From a virus, in the IMG/VR virus record IMGVR_UViG_3300042868_004707, positions 1 to 64,000 of that record: DNA of 64,000 nucleotides; one strand, 5' to 3'. The position numbers and the translations under genes were made by a program. Positions 9,039 through 18,118 of the stretch are shown here, piece by piece. The notes under the pieces are model-generated. The model had not been told where the DNA came from. It was given only the letters and a program-made list of their open reading frames with translations, and did no database searches. The stretch's first letter is position 1. Each line of letters opens with the position of its first letter.

Positions 9039-9672
9039 CAGGGAAAGAAAGGGTGAGATTAAATATAATATCACTCTTAACGAAGAACAAAAGCTTGCTA
9101 AAGAATTGATTATTAACAATCAGATAGTCATTGTAACTGGTAGAGCTGGAAGTGGTAAGTCATTAATATGTGCTCAATCAGCTTTAGACTTCTTGATGAA
9201 AAAACAATGTAATCATGTTTATGTCACTAGAGCTACAATTGAAGTGGGTGGATCATTAGGATTTTTACCAGGAGATCTAGAAGACAAATTCAATCCTTAC
9301 TTAGAAGCTTTTCAAGAAAACCTTGAGAAGTGCTATGATAAAGTGAAGATTGGTGAACTTGTTAAGAACAAAAAAATCTTAGCATATCCTGTACAGTTTA
9401 TTAGAGGAAAGACAATTGATGATGTTCTTGTTGTAGAAGAAGCACAAAATCTAACTAAAGGAGAAATGTTAGCTATTCTAACAAGACTTGGTAAAACAGG
9501 TAAAATCATCATTAATGGTGACAATGAGCAAAAGGATATTAAAGAATCCTACACAGGACTTTCTTATGCTATTGAACTCTCTAAGAAGATAGAAGGTATA
9601 GAATGGATTAAACTTAAAGCAAACCACAGAAGTGATCTTGTGGGTAAAATATTAGACCTAGAATATAATTAA
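9025..9672 (+). CDS. phoH: PhoH-like ATPase
   Basis: GRAGSGKS, LGFLPGDLEDKFNPY, FIRGKT, EEAQN, LTRLG, GDNEQKD, NHRS. Confidence 0.93.
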   Translation: MKEPNRERKGEIKYNITLNEEQKLAKELIINNQIVIVTGRAGSGKSLICAQSALDFLMKKQCNHVYVTRATIEVGGSLGFLPGDLEDKFNPYLEAFQENLEKCYDKVKIGELVKNKKILAYPVQFIRGKTIDDVLVVEEAQNLTKGEMLAILTRLGKTGKIIINGDNEQKDIKESYTGLSYAIELSKKIEGIEWIKLKANHRSDLVGKILDLEYN

Positions 9673-9673
9673 C

Positions 9674-9937
9674 ATGAGTGTAGAAGTATTAAAATTTAGT
9701 GCAACATGGTGTGGCCCATGTAGAGTGTTATCTGAAACACTAAAAGGAGTTGAAGGTATTACCAATATCGATATTGATAAAGATATGGAAATAGCTAGAC
9801 AACATAATGTAAGAAATGTTCCTACATTAGTATTTAAGAAAGATGGAAAAGAAGTTCATAGAATTTCTGGATCTATTCCGTTACATACATATAATGGAAT
9901 TTTAGATGAGATTAACTTCTCAGGTAAAGACGAATAA
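9674..9937 (+). CDS. thioredoxin
   Basis: WCGPC active site, VRNVPTL. Confidence 0.92.
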   Translation: MSVEVLKFSATWCGPCRVLSETLKGVEGITNIDIDKDMEIARQHNVRNVPTLVFKKDGKEVHRISGSIPLHTYNGILDEINFSGKDE

Positions 9938-9952
9938 TTAAAAACAAGTAAT

Positions 9953-10231
9953 ATGAGAAACCAATTTTTTTACACAGCCAAGATTGGCGACAAAGAGTAT
10001 TTAGCCTCTTTAAACGTTAACAAAATCATTAGAACATTAGCTAATGATGCAGGAGGATTAATAATCATCTTAGATGACTTCAATGAGAGAGTTACAGAAC
10101 AACCAGACATTGATTTAAAGACTAACAAGATGAAAGGATTCAAAAAAGTTCGTGAAACTGTACAATCAGAGATTGAACTAAACGCTGAAGATGCACAAAA
10201 ATTTATTAAACTAACTGAATACAAAGGATAA
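9953..10231 (+). CDS. hypothetical protein
   Basis: 92-aa ORF with A-rich leader. Confidence 0.75.
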   Translation: MRNQFFYTAKIGDKEYLASLNVNKIIRTLANDAGGLIIILDDFNERVTEQPDIDLKTNKMKGFKKVRETVQSEIELNAEDAQKFIKLTEYKG

Positions 10232-10233
10232 AA

Positions 10234-10524
10234 ATGGCAAAGTTATTAGGAAACCGCATCTATTTAGAGATGCCAAAGAAAGAAGAGAGTAAGCTTATTG
10301 TAGATGAGAATACAAAAGAAGCATTACAGAAAGAACTACTTAAGAAAATGAGTAGATTGAAAGTGCACAGTGTAGGAACAGCTATTACAGATCCAGATCT
10401 TGTTATTGGTTGTGAAGTGTTAGTAGATCCTACAGCATTGAGAGATAAAACATTAATCATTCCTTTATCAGAGAATGAAGATGTTATGTTAGTTTCTATA
10501 TTTGACATTGTACATATTTGGTAA
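10234..10524 (+). CDS. GroES-like co-chaperonin
   Basis: KLLGNRIYL...LIV...KVHSVG...LVIGCEVLV...DIV pattern; 96 aa. Confidence 0.65.
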   Translation: MAKLLGNRIYLEMPKKEESKLIVDENTKEALQKELLKKMSRLKVHSVGTAITDPDLVIGCEVLVDPTALRDKTLIIPLSENEDVMLVSIFDIVHIW

Positions 10525-10525
10525 T

Positions 10526-11281
10526 ATGGAATATCCTTTCATTAGTTGCAAATGTATAACCTATGGAAGAGTAGATACTCTGGAGGAAGCTATTCAAAGT
10601 TTCCTCCTACAAGAGTATCCAGGTAAGAAAGAACTTATTATAGTTAATGACTACCCTCTACAAAAATTGGTATACGATCATCCAGAAATAAAAATTTATA
10701 ATATGGATGAAACATTCTCTACTATTGGAGAGAAAGAAAACTATGCTATAGAGAGATGTTCTGGAGAACTTATTGCTGTATGGGATGATGATGATGTAGC
10801 ATTAAGCAATCATTTATCTAACATAGCTAAGTTTTGGAAACCAAACACTAATCTGTTACATTGGCAAAATGGTGTCTTCTATAATGAACCTAACATAACA
10901 CAATTGATGGCTCTTGGTAACTCAGGTATTGTATATAGCAAAAAAGCTTGGGAAGAAATTGGTAAGAGTCCAATAGAGAATGCTGGTGGAGATATGACAT
11001 TAGTTGTAGCTATTCATAACTTAGGAAGAGATAAAGTGGTATTAGCTGATCCTCCTAACGCAGAGTGTTCTTGGTTTTATATGTGGGGCGGTAGAGGATA
11101 TCATCAATCAGGCATGGGAACAGACACTGCAGATAGACCTAATGTTATACAAAGACATAGTCAATATGTAGAACAATTAAGAACAAAAGGATTGATTCCT
11201 ACAGGAGATGTTCATCTAAATCCTCATTGGAACAAAGACTATTCACAAATGCTAAAAGATTATATCAATGCAAATAAATAG
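10526..11281 (+). CDS. glycosyltransferase family 2
   Basis: ISCKCITYGR...AIQSFLLQEY..ELIIVND...IGEKENYAIERCSGELIAVWDDDD; start placed at ATG 10526. Confidence 0.88.
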   Translation: MEYPFISCKCITYGRVDTLEEAIQSFLLQEYPGKKELIIVNDYPLQKLVYDHPEIKIYNMDETFSTIGEKENYAIERCSGELIAVWDDDDVALSNHLSNIAKFWKPNTNLLHWQNGVFYNEPNITQLMALGNSGIVYSKKAWEEIGKSPIENAGGDMTLVVAIHNLGRDKVVLADPPNAECSWFYMWGGRGYHQSGMGTDTADRPNVIQRHSQYVEQLRTKGLIPTGDVHLNPHWNKDYSQMLKDYINANK

Positions 11282-11924
11282 TATATCAATAGATTCAACT
11301 AATTCTATTACAGAATTATGTATGCTTGGTGTGAAATATCCAACAGACAAATCTCCATATAACACTGATAAGAATTTACACAAACATGCTTACACTGCTA
11401 TATACAGTTTATTATTCTCTAACATTAGATATAATAATATTCGTGTAGGAGAGTTAGGTATATTAGAGAATCATTCAATGCTTTCTTGGAGAGAATTCTT
11501 TCCTAATGCTACATTATATGGATTTGAATGGTTTGATAGTAGATTAGATAAGGCAATTGGTGATAACATACCAAACTGTACTTATACTAAGATGAATGTT
11601 ACTGATTCAAAATCAATTGAGAAAGGATTAACTGATGCAGGGAGCAACTTTGATATACTAATGGATGATAGCACACATGTGTTTGAGGATCAGATTAAGT
11701 TTATCAATGTAGCATATAAACATTTAAAGCCTGGAGGGTTCTTAATTGTAGAAGATATATTCATTGATGCTAACGAAGAAGATTATTCAAAAGCAATAGA
11801 TCATTTATCAGATTATTTTTCTTCTTCTACATTTATAGTTGCTAATCATGATTTAAAACATTCTCCTGGATGGAATAATGATAAACTACTTTTATTACAT
11901 AGAAACAATAAGCCATGTTCTTAA
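11268..11924 (+). CDS. class I SAM-dependent methyltransferase (likely sugar O-methyltransferase)
   Basis: TDK...H.Y..IY, VGELGI, FDILMDDSTH, LKPGGFLIVEDI. Confidence 0.85.
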   Translation: MQINSISIDSTNSITELCMLGVKYPTDKSPYNTDKNLHKHAYTAIYSLLFSNIRYNNIRVGELGILENHSMLSWREFFPNATLYGFEWFDSRLDKAIGDNIPNCTYTKMNVTDSKSIEKGLTDAGSNFDILMDDSTHVFEDQIKFINVAYKHLKPGGFLIVEDIFIDANEEDYSKAIDHLSDYFSSSTFIVANHDLKHSPGWNNDKLLLLHRNNKPCS

Positions 11925-12454
11925 ATATTATAACACCGTCTTGTAGACCAGAAAATCTACATGTTATTTCTAAAAGTATAAATATCCCTAGAGATCAATA
12001 TAGATGGATAGTGGTATTTGATCTTTTAGATATGCCAGAAAACATTCCTGATAATTGTGAATGGTATGCTATTAAAGATGCTAATAGTACATCAGGTAAC
12101 GCTCAGAGAAACTTTGCTCTTGATTTAGTTACACATGGACATATATATTTCAATGATGATGATACAGTGATACATCCTGATCTATGGGAAAATATAAAGA
12201 ATGAATCTAATGAAGACTTTATTTCTTTTAAACAAGCTAACAAAGATGGAACAATTAGACTAGAAGGAACTAATATATCTGTAGGAAACATAGATAGTCA
12301 CAATTTTGTAACATCTGTAAATTGTGTAGGAGATACACGATGGGTACTAAATAGATATGATGCTGATGGTGTGTTTGCACATGAATGCTACCAGAAAGCA
12401 AAAAACAAATCATATATAAACAAAGTGCTATCAGTGTATAACACTCTTAGATAG
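11915..12454 (+). CDS. GT-A fold (GT2-like) glycosyltransferase
   Basis: IITPSCRPENL, WIVVFD, GNAQRNFALD, IYFNDDD, YDADG. Confidence 0.8.
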   Translation: MFLNIITPSCRPENLHVISKSINIPRDQYRWIVVFDLLDMPENIPDNCEWYAIKDANSTSGNAQRNFALDLVTHGHIYFNDDDTVIHPDLWENIKNESNEDFISFKQANKDGTIRLEGTNISVGNIDSHNFVTSVNCVGDTRWVLNRYDADGVFAHECYQKAKNKSYINKVLSVYNTLR

Positions 12455-12458
12455 AAAA

Positions 12459-12490
12459 CAAAAAAGCCTCCGTTATCTGGAGGCTTTATT
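12459..12490. terminator. bidirectional intrinsic terminator at the convergence of the two gene blocks
   Basis: A-run, AAAGCCTCC-GTTATCT-GGAGGCTTT, T-rich tail. Confidence 0.85.
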
Positions 12491-12647
12491 ATTTTGATAA
12501 TCTTTTAGCTTTCATAGGTTGTTGAGCACTTGTTCTCTTTCGAATAACATCTGCTTCTCTCATAAAATTTCCATTGATGGGTTTAGGAGGAGCTACCTTT
12601 GGAGCCATTCTAGGTTTACCAGATTTCTTAGCTTTGCCAGAAGTCAT
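12489..12647 (-). CDS. small basic protein (not in ORF track)
   Basis: MTSGKAKKSGKPRMAPKVAPPKPINGNFMREADVIRKRTSAQQPMKAKRLSK*. Confidence 0.65.
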   Translation of the reverse strand: MTSGKAKKSGKPRMAPKVAPPKPINGNFMREADVIRKRTSAQQPMKAKRLSK

Positions 12648-12651
12648 TGAT

Positions 12652-13056
12652 TTACTTGCAGCCATACTTACATTTCTTCATTGATGTTCCAGATTTAGCC
12701 TTCTTAACAGAAGCACCTTTCTTAGCTATAACACCACGTCCTTTAAGAATATCAGCTTTTGTAATCTTTCCATCTTTGTTAAGATCAGGAAATGATTTAC
12801 CATTTTTAGCTTTCATCATAGTTTTACCATTCTTAGCTGGTTTACCACCTACATATGTTCTTTTTGGTAAAGTAGCTGACTTCACTGGTAAATCACCTTT
12901 TTCAAAAGGAGGGCGAGTACCTTCACCACCCATGGTTCCTTTCTTACCTGTTGCAGGATCAACCATGTTTTTATACATGTCTACAGGAGAATTAGATTTT
13001 TTCTTTTGTACAGGTTTTTTAGGTGCTGTACTTTTTTTAGGTTTTGGTTGCATCAT
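12652..13056 (-). CDS. Lys-rich small protein, putative internal virion protein
   Basis: Very basic; repeated AKxG motifs; EF-hand-like DLNKDGKITKAD. Confidence 0.75.
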   Translation of the reverse strand: MMQPKPKKSTAPKKPVQKKKSNSPVDMYKNMVDPATGKKGTMGGEGTRPPFEKGDLPVKSATLPKRTYVGGKPAKNGKTMMKAKNGKSFPDLNKDGKITKADILKGRGVIAKKGASVKKAKSGTSMKKCKYGCK

Positions 13057-13058
13057 AA

Positions 13059-13205
13059 CTATTTCTTTTTAGATTTTATTTTACGTTCTTGTTTCAGCAT
13101 TGCAGCTGTAGGTTTCTTACCAGATCCTTTATTAGCTCTAATGTTATCCCAAAGTCCTCTTTGAGAAGTAGAACCATCTGCACGTTTAATCATTTGTTTT
13201 TTCAT
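13059..13205 (-). CDS. small basic protein (not in ORF track)
   Basis: MKKQMIKRADGSTSQRGLWDNIRANKGSGKKPTAAMLKQERKIKSKKK*. Confidence 0.7.
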   Translation of the reverse strand: MKKQMIKRADGSTSQRGLWDNIRANKGSGKKPTAAMLKQERKIKSKKK

Positions 13206-13207
13206 AA

Positions 13208-13480
13208 TTAACAATTCCATTTACGAAGAGCAAGAGCTTTTCTTGTAGGTTTACCATTGGGTTTTTTCATAGGACCTTTTACGCCACCCATTCTAGCACA
13301 AAAAGATTTTCTTCTATTAGCTGCTTTACTTCCAGGTTTTAACTTAGAAGGTTTAGTTGTAACAGCTTTTTTGAGCTTCGAACCTGGATTTGCAGCTCTA
13401 TATGATGCTATGCCTTTAGCGTTTAATCCTCCACTCTTACTTTTACCTTCAGAGCGAGTCCAAGCTGGTGTTTTTGCCAT
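13208..13480 (-). CDS. DUF6321-like basic phage protein
   Basis: AWTRSEGK..GGLNAKG.ASY...PGSKLK...RRKSFCARM...ALRKWNC. Confidence 0.75.
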   Translation of the reverse strand: MAKTPAWTRSEGKSKSGGLNAKGIASYRAANPGSKLKKAVTTKPSKLKPGSKAANRRKSFCARMGGVKGPMKKPNGKPTRKALALRKWNC

Positions 13481-13992
13481 TATTTCTTCTTATTAGATTT
13501 AGCAATTTTTTTAAATGTAAGAGCTAAAGTTTTAGCTTTTCCAGAACAACTTTTTTTTGTGATGGGTGTACATTTTCCTTCAGTACCTCTACGTTTGATA
13601 GAAGCTGCAGCTTTCTGCATCCATTTACCATCTTTAGCTATAGAGCCACCATTTTTCTTTTTACTCCAATCAGATTTAGATTGTTTAGAAGCTGCTTTAC
13701 TTGTACCACATCTTGTAGACTTAAAGTTAGGATCAGCTGTATCACAAGCAGGAACATCTTTTTGTTTATTTTGCTTTCTTTGAAACGCCTGATATTGCTC
13801 TTTAGTCATATTATCAGGTCTCTGTCTTGCGATAATAGAATCTTTCTTTCTTACAATATCAGCTCTTTTAACTGCTGTAATGCTGTCCATTTTTTTTCTA
13901 TTCTCTCTTGCTTCAATAAGTCTTTCAGCAGTAGTTTTCTTTTTAATAGTATCTACAGATGTACCTGTTTGAGCTTTCTTAATAGTTCTCAT
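13480..13992 (-). CDS. Lys-rich small protein
   Basis: Starts MRTIKKAQTG; KKNGG and IAKDG motifs. Confidence 0.75.
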   Translation of the reverse strand: MRTIKKAQTGTSVDTIKKKTTAERLIEARENRKKMDSITAVKRADIVRKKDSIIARQRPDNMTKEQYQAFQRKQNKQKDVPACDTADPNFKSTRCGTSKAASKQSKSDWSKKKNGGSIAKDGKWMQKAAASIKRRGTEGKCTPITKKSCSGKAKTLALTFKKIAKSNKKK

Positions 13993-13995
13993 GAC

Positions 13996-14343
13996 TTATT
14001 TCTTTTTAACAGATCCACCAGATTTCATTCTAGAAGCAGCACCTCTAGCACCCATAGCTCTATCAGCTCTCTTAACCATTCTCTTCTCAACTCTTTCAGC
14101 TCTTTCTGGATTATTTTCTTTGATTCTAGAAAGTCTTTTTTGTTGTCTTGGATTTTCTTTAACAACTTTAGAACCAATAGATCCACCAGTTTGTTTTTTA
14201 TCCAATCCAACAGGCATTTTACTTTTACCTTTATTTATTTTATCTGAAAGTTTTTTAACTTTTGGTAATATTCTTTCTATAGAATCTCTTTCTTTGCTAA
14301 TATTTTTTAATTGTAGATTAGCTCCTTTCTGTGCTTTTTTCAT
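13996..14343 (-). CDS. Lys-rich small protein
   Basis: Starts MKKAQKG; KQTGG and MKSGG motifs. Confidence 0.75.
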   Translation of the reverse strand: MKKAQKGANLQLKNISKERDSIERILPKVKKLSDKINKGKSKMPVGLDKKQTGGSIGSKVVKENPRQQKRLSRIKENNPERAERVEKRMVKRADRAMGARGAASRMKSGGSVKKK

Positions 14344-14345
14344 GA

Positions 14346-14720
14346 TTATTTCTTTTTAGAGATTTTCATTCCTTTCTTAGCCATCTTTGTAGCACCAAGT
14401 TGTTTATCTTTGGTAAGAGAAGCTTTTCCTTTAGCACCAGCTAATGCTTTCTTTTGAACCTTTGTGAATGCTCCTTTAGGATCTACAGGACCAACTCTTT
14501 TGTTAGAAGCTTTAAGTGCAGATAAAGAACCACCATTCTTCATTTTCTTTTTTAGGTTTTCCATTTTAGTTTTGAACTCTGCCTCTGTTTTTCTTTTTTT
14601 ATTTGTAAGATTAAGCTTAGCATTATCAATAGAATCTTTACTTTTTCTTAATTTTTCAAATATAGGTCTTGGATCAGAATATTTCACTGTTCCATTTTGT
14701 GCCTTTTTAATTGTTGCCAT
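14346..14720 (-). CDS. Lys-rich small protein
   Basis: Starts MATIKKAQNG; MKNGG and MAKKG motifs. Confidence 0.75.
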   Translation of the reverse strand: MATIKKAQNGTVKYSDPRPIFEKLRKSKDSIDNAKLNLTNKKRKTEAEFKTKMENLKKKMKNGGSLSALKASNKRVGPVDPKGAFTKVQKKALAGAKGKASLTKDKQLGATKMAKKGMKISKKK

Positions 14721-14910
14721 AGCGTTTAAATGTTATATTGGGTTTAACAATAATATCTTTGTGAGTGTATTGCCACATCTCACCAGTTTGATTAATTATA
14801 ATTGTATAGATGGTGTCTGTCTCATGACCATAATCTGTCACAAGAAAAATCACACCCTCTCCCTTTGGTGTTATAACATCTATTCTATTCTTTGGTTCAT
14901 ATATTCTCAT
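14707..14910 (-). CDS. hypothetical protein
   Basis: 67-aa ORF, VITPKGEG...DYG. Confidence 0.7.
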   Translation of the reverse strand: MRIYEPKNRIDVITPKGEGVIFLVTDYGHETDTIYTIIINQTGEMWQYTHKDIIVKPNITFKRYGNN

Positions 14911-14967
14911 AGAGAAGTGCTTTTGTTCAAATCCACCTGTTATTCGTCACCCAACAGGTATGTTAAT

Positions 14968-15219
14968 TTAGTCTTTTACAACTTCCATTGTAGGAACTTG
15001 TGGTTCTTCTACTTCTTTAATAATATCAGCTTCTACACCTTTAATCATTAATTCTTCAATCGCCTGATTAGCTTGCATCATTAATTGAAACCTTGCAGCT
15101 TCTTCTGATGATAAATAAGCTCTAACTGTGTTTAAAAATAATCCAAACTGTTGTCCTGTTAATGTGAACGTGTCTTCAGGAGTCCATGTGTACCTTTTTG
15201 AAGGATCATACTGTGCCAT
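14968..15219 (-). CDS. hypothetical protein
   Basis: 83-aa ORF with A-rich leader. Confidence 0.75.
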   Translation of the reverse strand: MAQYDPSKRYTWTPEDTFTLTGQQFGLFLNTVRAYLSSEEAARFQLMMQANQAIEELMIKGVEADIIKEVEEPQVPTMEVVKD

Positions 15220-15268
15220 AATTTAATTGGTTTTAAAATTAACAGTAAAAGTATATAATGTTTTTTAA

Positions 15269-15844
15269 TTATCCAATATTAAATATAGAAAAGTTTACAG
15301 ATGGTGATAATGGTCTTGTAGGACTTGTTCCAGCTGCAGTTGTTAAAAGTCTCATTCCTGTAACTGCTGACCACCAATAAAACTTAATATATTGTCCAGC
15401 TGTTAATTCTATTGTATCTGATAATCTTCCTAATGTTTGATCATTTTGTCCACCAGTAGTTGTAAATGTAAAAGCTGAGTTAGGTACAATTACATCATCT
15501 ATGGTAAACCAAATTGTTACATTATAAGGTGCTGATGCCCCTCCTGTAAAACTGAGTTGAGCAGCAAAATCTAAATAATAAGTTCCTGTATTTATAACAT
15601 TAATTCTATTATCAGGACCTAATGTAAACCCATTAGCTTGTTGAGTGCTATTAAGTCTTACTTGATTAGCTGTAGTTGCTCCACCATTAGTTTGTGTTGT
15701 AGTATCAAAAAAAGTAGCAGAATATAAAGTTGTAGGAGTAGGAAGTTTACTTTCTACAAATTGATCAAGATTTAATTCTCCTTTATATCCTTGTGCAGGA
15801 TTAGTTCTTTTTTCCCAAAGGGTAGGTTTAATGAATGTTGGCAT
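15269..15844 (-). CDS. putative fibre/spike protein with C1q/TNF-like beta domain
   Basis: INVINTGTYYLDFAAQL...IELTAGQYI pattern; N-terminus shared with 16131-16751. Confidence 0.55.
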   Translation of the reverse strand: MPTFIKPTLWEKRTNPAQGYKGELNLDQFVESKLPTPTTLYSATFFDTTTQTNGGATTANQVRLNSTQQANGFTLGPDNRINVINTGTYYLDFAAQLSFTGGASAPYNVTIWFTIDDVIVPNSAFTFTTTGGQNDQTLGRLSDTIELTAGQYIKFYWWSAVTGMRLLTTAAGTSPTRPLSPSVNFSIFNIG

Positions 15845-15846
15845 AA

Positions 15847-16131
15847 TTATTCTAATGTTATTTCGAATGTTATTACACTCGTTGTTTTAATTGATTTACT
15901 CATATCTATTCTCATCTTAAACATGTTACAAAACTTAAGAATTTCTTCTATAAGCATATTGTTATACATTGGATGACTTGTTGCTATTCTGAATCTGTAA
16001 GACTCTGATAGTTTTGTTATTTCAAGACTACATAGTTCATCTACAGAAGAGATAACACCTTCTAAATGTGCAAGAAAAACCTCATCGTTATCTTGCATCA
16101 CTTTAGGAAAATGTTTTCTATTTATCTCCAT
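15847..16131 (-). CDS. hypothetical protein
   Basis: 94-aa ORF packed between neighbours. Confidence 0.7.
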   Translation of the reverse strand: MEINRKHFPKVMQDNDEVFLAHLEGVISSVDELCSLEITKLSESYRFRIATSHPMYNNMLIEEILKFCNMFKMRIDMSKSIKTTSVITFEITLE

Positions 16132-16751
16132 TAGTTATACACTCTAATTTCTATGAAAGTACCGTTTAAACTATTATTACTAGGGGACGAAGCAAGTGAA
16201 AGAGTGTATAAATCTATTAAATTTTCTTGCTGATACCTAGTAGTATATGTTCTAGGGGTTAAAGGATCTCCTTGGTCATATGGAGTTGCCATTATAACAC
16301 TTGTCTTTGCTCCAGTAAATAAATTATTAGAACCAATAGAGTAAGCACCTATATCAATATATTCAAAAAAAATGTTGCCAATAGTGTTTTCTAATACTGT
16401 TACTACTGGTGCTGCGTCACTATAATATAAAGTAGCATCTTCACCCCAACTATTTGGTGTTGTACCTGTAGCTATAAACTTAGTACCTACTTCATTATTA
16501 GGAGCTCCTACATTAGTCCAATCAGGATTACCTGATATAATCTCATCAATTATATATGTAACACCTATTGTTAATAAGCCAGAACTTACAAATACATTAC
16601 TATTATCTCCACCACTCTGTGTTAAAAAAGCTGTGAACACTTTATATGTAGGAACAGGTATTTTACTCTCTATAAATTGATCTAGATTCAACCATTCTTT
16701 ATATCCTTTTCTAGCTTTTTCCCAAAAACCAGTTTTAATGTATGTAGACAT
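16131..16751 (-). CDS. putative virion fibre/decoration protein
   Basis: YKVFTAFLTQSG...APVVTVLENTIG...IEIRVYN; N-terminus shared with 15269-15844. Confidence 0.55.
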   Translation of the reverse strand: MSTYIKTGFWEKARKGYKEWLNLDQFIESKIPVPTYKVFTAFLTQSGGDNSNVFVSSGLLTIGVTYIIDEIISGNPDWTNVGAPNNEVGTKFIATGTTPNSWGEDATLYYSDAAPVVTVLENTIGNIFFEYIDIGAYSIGSNNLFTGAKTSVIMATPYDQGDPLTPRTYTTRYQQENLIDLYTLSLASSPSNNSLNGTFIEIRVYN

Positions 16752-16758
16752 AATGTTT

Positions 16759-17172
16759 TTATGACAATGTTAATAAATATTTTGTTTTAGCTGCTTCTCC
16801 TGATAATGCATCTGCTAGATTACATACATCATGGAAACCATTCTTCTCACCATACATCTTTAAACTTGATGCAAACTTCATAAGATCTGATACACATTGT
16901 TCAGGTTTGCAATTTGTAAGAGGTTCTATTTTATAAAGACCAGGTCTTTTACCTGTATATCCCATAATCTTTTCTACCACACCATCTTTGAAATCATGTA
17001 CGTAATCATACAATGCACCAAGAGCTTGATGCTCTGCATAACTGGTTGTTTGCCAATGTAGCAGATGTAATTGCTCATGAAAATATGTAAGCTTTGCAGC
17101 TATAGATTCTAATGAAAGATCCATAACTGCTTTACTTGCCATATCGTTTGGAAATAATGATAACTCAGCCAT
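16759..17172 (-). CDS. ferritin/Dps-like protein (DUF5856-like)
   Basis: HLLHWQTTSYAEHQALGALYD...DGVVEKIMG...KTKYLLTLS. Confidence 0.8.
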   Translation of the reverse strand: MAELSLFPNDMASKAVMDLSLESIAAKLTYFHEQLHLLHWQTTSYAEHQALGALYDYVHDFKDGVVEKIMGYTGKRPGLYKIEPLTNCKPEQCVSDLMKFASSLKMYGEKNGFHDVCNLADALSGEAAKTKYLLTLS

Positions 17173-17174
17173 AA

Positions 17175-17378
17175 TTAAGTTGTGGTTGTAGTTGTTGTAG
17201 TTGGAGCTACAGTGGTAGTAGTGGTAGTAGTATAATTACAACACTCGTATGCTGGAATCTCTTTCCATTTTCCTACTTTTGGCTTATTTTTTCTAAGGAT
17301 TAAGCTTCCTGCAACTATACGTCCTGAACCATCAAAACGAACAAATGCTTTCAAAGGCCTTGTATTAATTGTACTCAT
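17175..17378 (-). CDS. small protein with C-terminal poly-Thr tail
   Basis: LKAFVRFDGSGRIVAGSLILRK...CCNY-T7-VAP-T8*. Confidence 0.8.
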   Translation of the reverse strand: MSTINTRPLKAFVRFDGSGRIVAGSLILRKNKPKVGKWKEIPAYECCNYTTTTTTTVAPTTTTTTTT

Positions 17379-17406
17379 TTTTATTAAATTTTATTTGTTA
17401 ATATTA

Positions 17407-18117
17407 TTAAACTAATTTGACATATGACCATATAAAATTATTACTAGGTCTTTTTTGTTGTCTACACCACTCACCTATACTTGTAGGTGATACATTTTCT
17501 TTTGTTCCTGCTTCTTGTAAACAAGAATAAGTAACTAAAAGTACTCTGTCTTTATTATATTTATATACTTTTTTTCTTCTAGGATTAACCCAACCTTTTT
17601 CTATTCTCTCTTTGCTTTTTAAAGATATGATTTGTTTTGATTTATCGCTATGTTTTTTGCCTTTATTTCCAGAAACTTGTCCTAAATGTGAATCAGATAA
17701 TTTTTTTAAATGTTCATCTGTATACACATTAACTTTTCCTTTGTTCCAAGGAGTTCTTCCAGTAGGTCCTTTTCCACCATCAGTACTATTTAATATAGTA
17801 TAATTTTTTTGACTATAATTAGAAATTAATTGTTTTTCTTTTAAAAAAGCTTCTTCTTCTGTTAAGTTACTTTCAATAACTTTAAACATAACCTTTAATT
17901 TCTTTTCTTCTATAACATCATTCATCCAAATATATAATGGAAAATCTATATATCTTTTATAAGTTCTATTTATAGAATGTTTATATGCTCTTTGATTATA
18001 ATCAGAAGTAACTCCTATATAAATATTTTTATCAATCTCATCTTCAGAATACATTGTATAAACACAATATGGTTTATCTGGATAATCAAGATTTACTAAA
18101 CCATTATATTCTTTCAT
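17407..18117 (-). CDS. free-standing GIY-YIG homing endonuclease with NUMOD repeats
   Basis: YCVY...IYIGVTSDYNQR, NSTDGGKG, GKKHSDKSKQIIS, KKVYKYN...YSCLQEAG. Confidence 0.85.
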   Translation of the reverse strand: MKEYNGLVNLDYPDKPYCVYTMYSEDEIDKNIYIGVTSDYNQRAYKHSINRTYKRYIDFPLYIWMNDVIEEKKLKVMFKVIESNLTEEEAFLKEKQLISNYSQKNYTILNSTDGGKGPTGRTPWNKGKVNVYTDEHLKKLSDSHLGQVSGNKGKKHSDKSKQIISLKSKERIEKGWVNPRRKKVYKYNKDRVLLVTYSCLQEAGTKENVSPTSIGEWCRQQKRPSNNFIWSYVKLV

Positions 18118-18118
18118 A

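Noticed and set aside
12647-15051. + strand hydrophobic ORFs (12647-13072, 13681-14247, 13991-14359, 14464-15051)
   Set aside because: They are antisense shadows of the Lys-rich - strand genes and lie beyond the + strand terminator.
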